Below are positions 9,271 to 17,570 of a stretch of 64,000 bases of DNA, piece by piece. Origin of the DNA: a virus. Its lineage: Duplodnaviria > Caudoviricetes. The stretch spans positions 34-64,033 of IMG/VR virus record IMGVR_UViG_3300049212_000062. One strand, given 5' to 3'. Numbering within the stretch: position 1 is the stretch's first letter; every line of letters starts with the position of its first letter. Below the pieces are notes generated by a model. The model was not told the DNA's origin and searched no databases. It worked only from the letters and a program-made list of their open reading frames with translations. The position numbers and the translations under genes were made by a program.

Positions 9271-9603
9271 CTAGTTGAGGTACGCGGTGCCCGAGAACGG
9301 GGCGGAGAACGTCAATTGAATGTTGTCGGTGTCGGTGAAGGCAATAACGCCTTCGACCTCATCGCCGCCGCTGTCGATGACCAGGACAGCGGGGTACTTG
9401 TGCATGTTGTGGTTGATGGTCCACACGGCCGACGCGACGGCCTGCGTGTGCTCGTAGTGCAGGTCACTGCCGACCGCACCGTCGTCGCCCTTGGGCCCTG
9501 CGGGGCCCTGTGCGCTGCCCAGCGTGACGCTGATGACCGGCGCGGGCTGGACTGTGACGTCAATGACCGGCGGTGGTAGGACCTCGAGGTCGATATCGCT
9601 CAC
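9271..9603 (-). CDS. Tail-fibre associated protein
   Basis: GTG start at 9603; short collagen-like GPAGPKGD and WTINHNM..YPAV motif. Confidence 0.65.
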   Translation of the reverse strand: MSDIDLEVLPPPVIDVTVQPAPVISVTLGSAQGPAGPKGDDGAVGSDLHYEHTQAVASAVWTINHNMHKYPAVLVIDSGGDEVEGVIAFTDTDNIQLTFSAPFSGTAYLN

Positions 9604-9986
9604 GGCCGGGTCACCTCGCGTAGTACGGTCACGTTCCCGTAGAACAGCGGTGTGACCCGGCCAAGCGAGTCCTCCAGCTCCATATCCCACACGTACAGCG
9701 AGGCCTCCTCAGTGGGCTGCTCGCCGGCCGCGATTGCGGCCGTTTCTTCATCGGTCAAGCCGAACGTGAACACGCCGTTGACAGCGTCGGTGATGGTGCA
9801 CGTGAAGGACTCGACGACTGCGGTGTCGAGCGCCTTCTTGCGAATTTGGCCCCGCACCGTGGCGCCCGTCAGGTTGATGGGCGTGGTGTCGGGGTTTTTG
9901 GCGGTGGCAGTTGCATCGAACGTTCCGCCCTGCCTGATGTTCAGGTTGAGCTTACTGCCGAAACTGCCGATGCTCTGCGTTGCCAT
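9600..9986 (-). CDS. Virion structural protein (BppU N-terminal-like fibre adaptor)
   Basis: IRQGGTF...PINLTGATVRGQIRK...YVWDMEL motif. Confidence 0.7.
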   Translation of the reverse strand: MATQSIGSFGSKLNLNIRQGGTFDATATAKNPDTTPINLTGATVRGQIRKKALDTAVVESFTCTITDAVNGVFTFGLTDEETAAIAAGEQPTEEASLYVWDMELEDSLGRVTPLFYGNVTVLREVTRP

Positions 9987-10075
9987 GGGGCCGCATTATG
10001 CGGGCCGCCAGTAGGGCAAAACAGGGTTGAAGACAAGGACGGGCCACCAAAACAGGTAGAAGGCCAGGAGCGGGG

Positions 10076-10282
10076 TCACGTGGCGCTGCTTTCGTATGCT
10101 GCCAGCAGGGCCTCGGCCGCGACGTACACGTAGTCCTTGAGGTCGGTCTGACCTTCCTTGATGGTGTAGCCGTTGGCAAGCAACACCTCGCGGATCTTCG
10201 CGCGCCGGCAGTCGGTGGGCGGGACCAGCGGTTGCGCGCACTTGCCGGACGTGCCGCCGCAGGCGGAGCAGATGGTGGGCAT
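10076..10282 (-). CDS. Hypothetical protein
   Basis: AAGGAAAAG RBS; IREVLLANGYTIKEGQTDLKDYVY. Confidence 0.6.
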   Translation of the reverse strand: MPTICSACGGTSGKCAQPLVPPTDCRRAKIREVLLANGYTIKEGQTDLKDYVYVAAEALLAAYESSAT

Positions 10283-10294
10283 GGAACTTTTCCT

Positions 10295-10477
10295 TTAGGC
10301 TTCGTCAATGACGCGTTGCGTTTGCTGAAGGGCGTGAGCATGCAACAGGGCAACGACGTAAGCCTGCGGCACACCTGCTTCCACGACCTTGGTGATCGCC
10401 GCCACCAGCTCTTGATCGAACTGGTGGACAGCGCTCGGCGCTGACTCGATAGCCACAAGCGCCGGCACATCACTCAC
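10295..10477 (-). CDS. Hypothetical protein
   Basis: GTG start at 10477 overlapping the upstream stop. Confidence 0.5.
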   Translation of the reverse strand: MSDVPALVAIESAPSAVHQFDQELVAAITKVVEAGVPQAYVVALLHAHALQQTQRVIDEA

Positions 10478-11061
10478 GCTGCGCACTCGCTGGCGTTGAG
10501 GGTACGCGGCAACCCGCGTTTCTCGAAGAAGTCCTCGGTCACGCGCATGCCGTTGTGCGGCCCGTCGGCGTCTTTGCCTTTCACGCCCGGCGACCTGCCG
10601 CCGACCTTGACCTTGGCGCTGCGCTTGTTGTACTCGGTTGCCACGGTGAGGCACTGCGTTCGAGCCGCGCTCGCGTCTGTCGTCGACAACGGCTGCGCGC
10701 CCTTGTTGTGCAAGCGGGCCACGCTGTAGCTGAACAGGGCGTTGGCGTCCACGTACCACTCGCCCGGGTCGTGGGCACACTTGGCCCCCACAGCGCACGG
10801 CACGGCCCCTGCCGGCACGCCTGCGCCGTGCGCCGGGGTTAGGGCAAAGAACACGTACAGCACCAGGAACAGCCAAGCGGCAACGCCGATTGCGATCCGT
10901 TTCTTGAAGGTCATGAACACGAGTTTTCTCCGTTTTGGGTGGTTGGGATTGGCATCGTACACCCGTGTCGCCCCATGCACAACTTGACACAAGTCTTGAT
11001 GGCACGGCGTTGGTGCCGTGCGCAAAGGGCAGTCACCGCACTTCACGCCACACGCCTTCAT
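10474..11061 (-). CDS. Hypothetical membrane or secreted protein
   Basis: Hydrophobic segment IAIGVAAWLFLVLYVFFAL and several Cys; start position uncertain. Confidence 0.55.
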   Translation of the reverse strand: MKACGVKCGDCPLRTAPTPCHQDLCQVVHGATRVYDANPNHPKRRKLVFMTFKKRIAIGVAAWLFLVLYVFFALTPAHGAGVPAGAVPCAVGAKCAHDPGEWYVDANALFSYSVARLHNKGAQPLSTTDASAARTQCLTVATEYNKRSAKVKVGGRSPGVKGKDADGPHNGMRVTEDFFEKRGLPRTLNASECAA

Positions 11062-12490
11062 TCAGCGGCTGGATGCCGATGCCGAGGGCGCGCTCGACGG
11101 AACGAACAAGGTCGTTGTACGACGTGCTGGGCGCGTCCAACCAGCTGCTGTAGATCTCCGTCACACGCTCGTCGCTCAGCGGCTGCGCTGGCTGTGTGGC
11201 GAGAGCGGCCAGCGTACGATTGCAGAGCAGTGACCCTGCATACCCTGGCAGGTGGACCATGTCGTGCTCGTGACGGAACCGAAGTTCGCTGGCCAGCGTG
11301 ACCGGGCCGCAGCGCTCATCGTCGAGATCGTTCCCCTGCCCCACCTCTGCGGCAACAGCCACCGGCAGCGAGGCGGCTTCGGGCAATGGCGAGTGCTTCG
11401 GCTTCGCGGCATGCTTGGCGCGGATCTGGTCCACCTTCGTCCAGATCCTGGCCAGCTCGGCTTCGGCGGCTGCGTGCATGTCCAGGCCATTGGCGAGGCA
11501 CAGCGCGGCCAGGGTGATCATCACGCCGCCGGCTTCTTGATGCGGCTCGCCAACCGGGCGGCCGAAGGTGTAGTCAACCAACTGGTGCGCTTCGCTCTGC
11601 GTGCACCCACAAGCCTGCACCAGTTCCAGCGCCTCTTCGAGAAAGCGATGGTTTCGCTCGATCTTGTCGCTGGCAATCTCGGCGCCGAAGCAAGCCAGCA
11701 TCCACGGTTGAACGCGCCGCTGCAACGACTCGGGCTGTGTGGCGGCAGGCGCTTGCGGATTGGCGGTTGGCAGTGGTTGTGTGACGACTGCGAGCAGAGC
11801 GGCCTCTGCTTTGGAGCATCTTTCAAGCGCGCCGGGCAGCAGTGGGCCATGGCGGACAGCATCACCACTAGCGATGTACTCGCGGCAGGCGGCAGTCACG
11901 TCATCGACCGCGGCATAGATGGATGCCTGTTTAGCCTCCCCCTGTGCGGCACCTGCCAAGCGGGCAGGTGTGGCGATGCCGTACCCGAGCTTCCAGAGGA
12001 ACAGGCAGAAGTTCGCCACGTCGCGCGGGTCCCCTTTCTCGACGTGCTCGCGGAGCATTCGCGACAGATCTTCCTGCGAGCAGGTGTCCCACCCACCGCG
12101 CCCCTTGGCGCGGGCTTGAGCAAGTTTTTCCTTCATGGCAGCGGCGAACTCGTCCGCAAAGACATCGTCGCTATGCTGCTCCTTCGGCTCGGCAACAGCG
12201 GGCGCGGCCAGCATCGAATCGCGCTTGTGGATCACCTCGACGGACCCATTGCGTTCAGCCTGGTACAGGCGAATTGCCGCACGCAGCACCTGATCATCGG
12301 TCATCCCCTGCCGCTCAGCCAGTTCGGACACGGCCTTGGCGTAGTCGGCGGCAACAACCACCGGAGGCAGGGCAGCGCGCAGCGGTTCCTCGCCGTCCCG
12401 GATCAGCACGCCCGCCGGGTCACTCTTGATGTCGTCCGGGTGGCGCGGTGTGCCCGTGAACGGGTTGAAAAGCATCGTCCTGCCGATCAT
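11033..12490 (-). CDS. Mosaic Ead/Ea22-like protein with a MazG-like all-alpha NTP-pyrophosphatase domain
   Basis: ATG at 12490; KEKLAQARAKGRGGW...HVEKGDPRDVANF module plus RFLEEALELVQA...GRPVGEPHQEAGGV module. Confidence 0.6.
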   Translation of the reverse strand: MIGRTMLFNPFTGTPRHPDDIKSDPAGVLIRDGEEPLRAALPPVVVAADYAKAVSELAERQGMTDDQVLRAAIRLYQAERNGSVEVIHKRDSMLAAPAVAEPKEQHSDDVFADEFAAAMKEKLAQARAKGRGGWDTCSQEDLSRMLREHVEKGDPRDVANFCLFLWKLGYGIATPARLAGAAQGEAKQASIYAAVDDVTAACREYIASGDAVRHGPLLPGALERCSKAEAALLAVVTQPLPTANPQAPAATQPESLQRRVQPWMLACFGAEIASDKIERNHRFLEEALELVQACGCTQSEAHQLVDYTFGRPVGEPHQEAGGVMITLAALCLANGLDMHAAAEAELARIWTKVDQIRAKHAAKPKHSPLPEAASLPVAVAAEVGQGNDLDDERCGPVTLASELRFRHEHDMVHLPGYAGSLLCNRTLAALATQPAQPLSDERVTEIYSSWLDAPSTSYNDLVRSVERALGIGIQPLNEGVWREVR

Positions 12491-12674
12491 GGCAATTCCT
12501 TTCTGAGCAGAAGCAGCCGTAGAAGCTGCTGTCGACCCCGCAATGCGGGCAGCGGGGCGCACGGCCCTCCAGCAGCGCCGCAACGTAGTCGGGTGGCAGG
12601 GTAGCCAGCACCCGCAGCTCCAAAGCGCTGTAATCGCCTTCTGGAGCCCCGGTTGCGGTGCCACGTGGGTTCAT
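12420..12674 (-). CDS. Small protein with a PolA motif-A-like peptide and a Cys cluster
   Basis: DYSALELRVLA followed by CPHCG...CFC; ATG overlaps the upstream stop. Confidence 0.5.
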   Translation of the reverse strand: MNPRGTATGAPEGDYSALELRVLATLPPDYVAALLEGRAPRCPHCGVDSSFYGCFCSERNCHDRQDDAFQPVHGHTAPPGRHQE

Positions 12675-12871
12675 GTTTCGTCCACCAGCTTCTTCAAGTC
12701 GCGCTCCAGCATGGCCCGGCGCATGCCGTCAGGATAGCAGTTGCGCACGTTCTTCACCATGCTGGCGAACTGCTTGAAGCCCTCGCCAGCACAGCACAGG
12801 ATCCGGCCGTTGCGGGCCTTGAGGTGCCAGAACCACTCGCGGGACGGGCCGCGCCAGAATTCGAACTTCAT
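12671..12871 (-). CDS. YegP/DUF1508-like protein
   Basis: MKFEFWRG...WFWHLKARNGRIL..GEGF; GGAGG RBS. Confidence 0.75.
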   Translation of the reverse strand: MKFEFWRGPSREWFWHLKARNGRILCCAGEGFKQFASMVKNVRNCYPDGMRRAMLERDLKKLVDET

Positions 12872-12872
12872 G

Positions 12873-14174
12873 TCAACCTCCGTGTGCGATGCACAAGTAT
12901 TGAGAAGGGCGTGTAAAGCCCACGTACAGCAGCCTAGCACGCATCTCGCGCGACCTGTAGATATCGGGGAAGTCGCAGATCGCGACGTCGTACGTGCTGC
13001 CCTGGCTCTTGTGCACCGTGTTGCTGTAGCTGTGGCGCAGCGGAGCCAGCTTGTTGAGCGGCCTGCGTTCCTCGAACAACTTGTCGGCCTCGCCGATCTT
13101 GCCCTCTCGGCGTAGTTCATAAATACGGTCGGTCAGGGCCCTGTGCGTGCGCATGGCGTGCACTGGGTCAAGCGCGACCTTGAACACCAGTTCGTTGCCT
13201 ACCGTTTCACCGTTCACCACAAGGTTCGACGCCAGCCTGTGCGCACGCACCTCGTACGTATCAACGCCGGCGATTGGGTCAACCTGTTCGGCACCTACCA
13301 CCCGCAGCATTTCGCCATTGCAGAGCAGTGTGTCTTCGTCGTAGTCGAACGCCTCGTTCACCAGCACCAGCTCTTCTGGGCCGAACAGCGCATGGTTCGG
13401 GTAGCGCCGTGCGTGCATGGCTGCATTGTTGGCGGCGACTGCGGCGTTGGTGAATGCCAGGATGCGGCAGTCCATACCCGTGTCGATGGCGCGGTCAGCC
13501 CAGTCGTGCACGTTGCGCAGGTTGGTGAAGCACACGCGGCCGTCGTCTTTCTTGGCAAACCCGCGGATGTCTTGCAGCGTGAACCAGTTCTTGTCCACCA
13601 CGCGCTCACGCAGGTAGGTCGCGAGCTGGATGATGGGGCTGTCGGCTGCCTGCCGCTGCACCTCTGTCATCATGCAGCTATGCGGCACCTCTGCCGCCGG
13701 CATGCTGTCGTCGCCCACGGGCTCCAACTGGGCCGGGTCCAGTACGTACAGCACAGGCACGCGCTTCCACTCGAGCTCCTTGTGGTACTCAAGCTTCACC
13801 ATGCTGCCCTCGTCGCAGATCACCAAGTCGGGCTCGTCCTGCGGGTTGGTGCCCTTGGTGCTGCGCGACTTCTCCATCTGCCAGTCGTCATTCCGGCGCA
13901 CGCGAAAACCGAGGTAGCTGTCGAGCGTGCGGAAGTCGACGGGCAAGTGCCCGATCTTGGCCCGCAGCACGTCCACGGCCTTGTTCGTGGGCGCAACGAT
14001 CATGATGCGCATGTTGGGCCGGTCTTCCAGCAGGCGTTCCACCCAGTGGCAGATCAGCCACGTCTTGCCGACGCCAGCATAGCCTTTGACGGCTGCAAAG
14101 CTGCTGTGCCCACGCTGCGTGGTGGCGAGGTAGGCGTCCAGGAACGCCAGCGCGTTGATTTGGTCGTTGGTCAT
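12873..14174 (-). CDS. Dda/RecD-like SF1 DNA helicase
   Basis: GYAGVGKT, APTNKAV, DEGSM, DPAQLEPV and TVHKSQGSTY motifs. Confidence 0.92.
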   Translation of the reverse strand: MTNDQINALAFLDAYLATTQRGHSSFAAVKGYAGVGKTWLICHWVERLLEDRPNMRIMIVAPTNKAVDVLRAKIGHLPVDFRTLDSYLGFRVRRNDDWQMEKSRSTKGTNPQDEPDLVICDEGSMVKLEYHKELEWKRVPVLYVLDPAQLEPVGDDSMPAAEVPHSCMMTEVQRQAADSPIIQLATYLRERVVDKNWFTLQDIRGFAKKDDGRVCFTNLRNVHDWADRAIDTGMDCRILAFTNAAVAANNAAMHARRYPNHALFGPEELVLVNEAFDYDEDTLLCNGEMLRVVGAEQVDPIAGVDTYEVRAHRLASNLVVNGETVGNELVFKVALDPVHAMRTHRALTDRIYELRREGKIGEADKLFEERRPLNKLAPLRHSYSNTVHKSQGSTYDVAICDFPDIYRSREMRARLLYVGFTRPSQYLCIAHGG

Positions 14175-14176
14175 GA

Positions 14177-14338
14177 TCAGTTGGCACACAGGCGGCAGTC
14201 GTGCTCGGCGGTTTGGCGGTCGGTGGTGGTGAACTTCGACAGCAGCTTCCACACGCCCTTTTCCAAGCGGTAGACCTTGTAAACGCCACGGGTTGACACG
14301 ACCTTGCCGAAGCCCTTGGTGGTAGTGAAGACGGTCAT
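14177..14338 (-). CDS. 53-aa basic early protein (absent from the ORF track)
   Basis: MTVFTTTKGFGKVVSTRGVYKVYRLEKGVWKLLSKFTTTDRQTAEHDCRLCAN; first ORF after the promoter at 14370-14398. Confidence 0.6.
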   Translation of the reverse strand: MTVFTTTKGFGKVVSTRGVYKVYRLEKGVWKLLSKFTTTDRQTAEHDCRLCAN

Positions 14339-14369
14339 TTTGTGTGCCCAGTGCGTTGTCGATGTCTAG

Positions 14370-14398
14370 ACTTTAACAGACATCAATCTCCTACGCAA
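14370..14398 (-). promoter_or_regulatory. Sigma70-type promoter TTGCGT-N17-TAAAGT
   Basis: 17-nt spacer, followed by CATCGACAAC. Confidence 0.7.
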
Positions 14399-14409
14399 GA
14401 CGAGGGCTT

Positions 14410-14904
14410 CTAGCCGATGCGGCGTGTTGGCAGCACTTCGGCCGTCGCGACAATGTGCTCGGCGTAGCTGGCGCATGGTCGGCGAACGATGTACATGGGC
14501 GCACCCATCCACTCGCCCTTCTCCAGCGCTTCGGCGTCGGTTGGCATCATGGTGACACCGTTGGCGTTGCCGCGCAGTTCGCGCAAGAGCTTGATGTACG
14601 TGCGGTCGTCCACATACACGCCGGTCAGTATCGGCTCGCGGTTAGACCGGTCGTTCACTTTGGCCGCTTCCAGGGCCTTGCTGCACGCCTTAACGATCTT
14701 GAATCGCACGGTGAGCGGGGCGCGGTGGTCTGTGAACTTGGAGGGTGTCTGGCCCATGTTAATGACCGGCGCCGTTAGGCCGCCGACCTGTGCTAGTTGA
14801 TGAATGCGGTGTTGTGCGGCCTCGGCCGAACTCATCGCGCGGTACGCGCCTAGCCCGTCGTCGAAAACCTCGGGCTGGCCCCAATCGTTGTATCGGTAGC
14901 GCAC
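14410..14904 (-). CDS. Hypothetical protein
   Basis: Probable GTG start at 14904 (VRYRYNDWG). Confidence 0.55.
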   Translation of the reverse strand: MRYRYNDWGQPEVFDDGLGAYRAMSSAEAAQHRIHQLAQVGGLTAPVINMGQTPSKFTDHRAPLTVRFKIVKACSKALEAAKVNDRSNREPILTGVYVDDRTYIKLLRELRGNANGVTMMPTDAEALEKGEWMGAPMYIVRRPCASYAEHIVATAEVLPTRRIG

Positions 14905-14908
14905 ACGG

Positions 14909-15112
14909 TTACCCCCTATACTCGATGTGAATATCGATCCGATCGACCATAGGGAAGTGCGCCACGGCGACAACGCGCCATTGCAGGTCTTGCCCTTTGC
15001 CGTCGGGGATGAACACGTGCTCGCCCACGCGAGGCACGAACATAGTGTCCAGCGGCTCGGGTTCGATTTCAAGCAGCTTCACACCCATGTTGCTGATGTA
15101 TTGCAGCCTCAC
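14909..15112 (-). CDS. Hypothetical protein
   Basis: GTG start after GGAGG; VPRVGEHV motif. Confidence 0.6.
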   Translation of the reverse strand: MRLQYISNMGVKLLEIEPEPLDTMFVPRVGEHVFIPDGKGQDLQWRVVAVAHFPMVDRIDIHIEYRG

Positions 15113-15345
15113 GCGACCTCCTGCAATGTGAGGACCAGCTTGGCGCGCAGAATGTAGCCCTGCGCCTGATAATGGCCCACGGCCTCCAAAGCGATGACGT
15201 GCCAGCCGGTGTCGTACGGCGTTTCGACCGGGCACTCCATGATCGCAACTTGACCGTGAAAGCGCGCTCGCCGCACGGCTTCTTCGTACGTGCCGATCGC
15301 GTGGCAACCGGGTTTCTCGTAAACGGTATGTGTCACAGCCACCAC
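15109..15345 (-). CDS. Hypothetical protein
   Basis: GAGG RBS; stop overlaps the next start. Confidence 0.55.
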   Translation of the reverse strand: MVAVTHTVYEKPGCHAIGTYEEAVRRARFHGQVAIMECPVETPYDTGWHVIALEAVGHYQAQGYILRAKLVLTLQEVA

Positions 15346-15433
15346 CTCTTGATTGACATGCTAAACCAGCCCCGGCGCCTACGCTTGCGGGGCGTAGGGC
15401 GGCACAGGGCGCGAAAGAAGGTTGACCACAGGC

Positions 15434-15823
15434 TCACGGCGCGGCCCAGCCCTTGTCGACGCCATAGGCGGCCACGGCCACCCCGCCAGCCTTCAGCAAC
15501 TGCCAGAACGTGCCGGCGAGCTGCACCTGGGCTTCTGCGTAGGCCACGCGGTACTCGTCATAGAGCGCGATGTCTTCGACAATGGTGCGTGCCACAACCG
15601 AGGCGGCGTCGAGATAGGCTTCGCTTGTGGCGCTGTACCATTGCACGGTCATTGCGCTGTACCATTGCACGGTCCTGGACATGTCGTGCTTCGCGGCTAG
15701 GGCTTTCTGTTGTTCGCCAAGACCGGTCAGGTGTTGCGCCAGCTCGCGCAGGTTCTTGAAAACGTAGTTCACGGCAGGCTCCAAGCCAGTTGTTCGGTCA
15801 GGTGGCGAATGCGGGCCAAGCAC
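15434..15823 (-). CDS. Hypothetical protein with an internal duplication (start uncertain)
   Basis: TVQWYSA occurs twice. Confidence 0.5.
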   Translation of the reverse strand: MLGPHSPPDRTTGLEPAVNYVFKNLRELAQHLTGLGEQQKALAAKHDMSRTVQWYSAMTVQWYSATSEAYLDAASVVARTIVEDIALYDEYRVAYAEAQVQLAGTFWQLLKAGGVAVAAYGVDKGWAAP

Positions 15824-15969
15824 GTCGACTCGCGCTGCGCCAGGGCGACCCAGGGGTCAGACAGCACCATGTGACGCGCCATGTCGACGCGCAGCTTGGC
15901 AAGCAGGGCGTTGAAGTCCTTGAGGTCACGCAGGATGGCAATGACCTCGGCGATGGTGAGTTCGGGCAT
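15769..15969 (-). CDS. Hypothetical protein
   Basis: AGGAG RBS. Confidence 0.6.
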   Translation of the reverse strand: MPELTIAEVIAILRDLKDFNALLAKLRVDMARHMVLSDPWVALAQRESTCLARIRHLTEQLAWSLP

Positions 15970-15977
15970 GGCGGCTC

Positions 15978-16169
15978 CTAGGCGCGTTGCAGACCGAGTT
16001 CCTTGACCCGCAGACCCTTGCCCGCTGCGAGGCCCGCCTGCGGCCGGCTAAGGGCCTGCATGCAGGCGTCGCGACGGCTACACGGGATCTGCTGCACGAC
16101 GATGAGCGTCACGGGATCGTACACGTAGACGTCATCGTCGTTGAAGGCTTGGCGCGGGATGATGTGCAT
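15978..16169 (-). CDS. Hypothetical protein
   Basis: Second ORF of the early operon. Confidence 0.55.
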   Translation of the reverse strand: MHIIPRQAFNDDDVYVYDPVTLIVVQQIPCSRRDACMQALSRPQAGLAAGKGLRVKELGLQRA

Positions 16170-16185
16170 GGTGGGTGCTGCCAGT

Positions 16186-16380
16186 TTAGCGGGCCAGGGC
16201 CGGGGCGGACTTGACGTAGTAGCCGCGCGCCTTGCGCCAGTGGTAGAAGGCGATCTCGGCGCTGGTGACGTTGAGCTCTGCGGCGGCTGCCACTTCGCGG
16301 GCCATGGCGACCGTTGCGGTGAGGCCCAGTTCGTCGAACAGGCTGAAGAGGATGGCGGTGATGGTGGTGCGGGTGGTCAT
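16186..16380 (-). CDS. 64-aa early protein, stand-alone WRK-domain paralogue
   Basis: AGGAG RBS; LFDELG...AAAAELNVTSAEIAFYHWRK resembles the C-termini of 30361-31029 and 31610-32185. Confidence 0.7.
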   Translation of the reverse strand: MTTRTTITAILFSLFDELGLTATVAMAREVAAAAELNVTSAEIAFYHWRKARGYYVKSAPALAR

Positions 16381-16427
16381 GATGTAGCTCCTGGGTTGGC
16401 GACTGCGTTGTTGCTGTCGATGAATGG

Positions 16428-16481
16428 ACTGTAAGGTCTACATCGATGCACGTCTAGTCGGAGTTACATCTGTTACATCTC
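16428..16481 (-). promoter_or_regulatory. Promoter TAGACG-N17-TACAGT with an upstream GAGATGTAACAGATGTAAC box
   Basis: The same tandem ATGTAAC box precedes the promoter at 40261. Confidence 0.7.
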
Positions 16482-16499
16482 CCGATGTACAGCGTATGT

Positions 16500-17171
16500 G
16501 CCCCGTCACGAGTGAACACGGGGCCACGTTCGGCGCACCGCCCTTGCGGCCAACCCGCAAGCGCTCCTCTACTCAGACCACCGGCCCGAAGGATTCGAAC
16601 CGACTACCGGGGCAAAACACAAGGTTAGCTGACACCCGACGCGTTCCCAGACGCGCATTGACCGTGGCCTGCATACCGCACCAGCCTGCTCACGGTGGCG
16701 GCTGGCCGGGTTGGCTTACGCGCAGTGCGGCAACCCTGTTGAATTGGTGGGCGTCTGCGGATACCGCTAGACAGGCCACCACGCACCGGATATTTCGCCG
16801 TAGTGCCTTGCTGGTGGCCGACTGCCCGTAGGTGGCGACAAGTAGTGCCAGTGTCTTCTAACCATGTAGACACAAGCGCATTCGCCGTAAGGCTTGGGCA
16901 CCGCCGTACAACCGGCCTGACGCTGCCCGCCTGCGCACAGTACACGGCCGTGATGGACGTGACGCAGGCTCTGTTCACGCTAACGTTCAGTTCTGGGTGA
17001 CTGTTCTCGTCCGGCATTGTTGGCTGGTCATGCCTCCCGCCGGCGGGGCTGTCGCATAGCCTCGTGTCTAGCGTCCTAGCGGACACCACCGACCAAACGC
17101 TCTAGCTCGCCGCAAGGGTGCCAGTGCAAAGGGCCAGTTAGACACTGCGCAATGCGCTTGTGTTTGTTGGT
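16500..17171 (-). ncRNA. Candidate large structured ncRNA (about 670 nt)
   Basis: Own promoter; 13-bp long-range helix 17151-17163/16870-16882; crossing helix 17137-17147/16849-16862; at least six further hairpins; no credible ORF. Confidence 0.65.
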
Positions 17172-17177
17172 GAGTGC

Positions 17178-17206
17178 ACTGTACGGCCGTTAGTTTGTGA
17201 GCACAA
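17178..17206 (-). promoter_or_regulatory. Promoter TTGTGC-N17-TACAGT driving the candidate ncRNA
   Basis: Matches the other phage promoters; predicted start near 17171, about 8 nt before the first helix. Confidence 0.7.
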
Positions 17207-17244
17207 GCGATGAGGTTGACCACACCTTGCCTGTGCGTGCCGCC

Positions 17245-17530
17245 TACGTAATGGGTAATGCTTACGCTTTAATCGTGAATAACAGTAATGCTAATTGGCT
17301 GCCCATAGGTACTACTACACTATTATTATTCGTTTATTTATTTATTCATACAAAAACTCATTATTAGCTTATTCATTATTTATAATGGCATTATGCATAT
17401 ATGCCAGTAATGTAAAATAATAAGGGAAGTACCATGACGGGTTAAAGGCGCTAATTTGAATAATTTCAGTAATGCATAATGGTATTACGAAAGCCTTATT
17501 GTTTTGCTCTGTGCTGGCAAACAAATATAC
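17245..17530. other. AT-rich putative replication origin with GTAATG repeats
   Basis: Only strongly AT-rich stretch in the genome; lies at the strand-divergence point; GTAATG at 17248, 17255, 17285, 17407 and 17469. Confidence 0.6.
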
Positions 17531-17570
17531 GGTACACTGGCACCTAGATTATTCGCGAAGGATGTTACAC

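Noticed and set aside
16560-16640. tRNA suggested by GGTTCGAATCC on the minus strand
   Set aside because: Only 2 bp flank the T-loop, and there is no acceptor stem, anticodon arm or CCA. Treated as a T-loop motif inside the larger RNA.
16424-17089. ORFs 16424-16831 (+) and 16625-17089 (-) as proteins
   Set aside because: No clear RBS, atypical composition, and one overlaps a promoter; the base-pairing pattern explains the region better.
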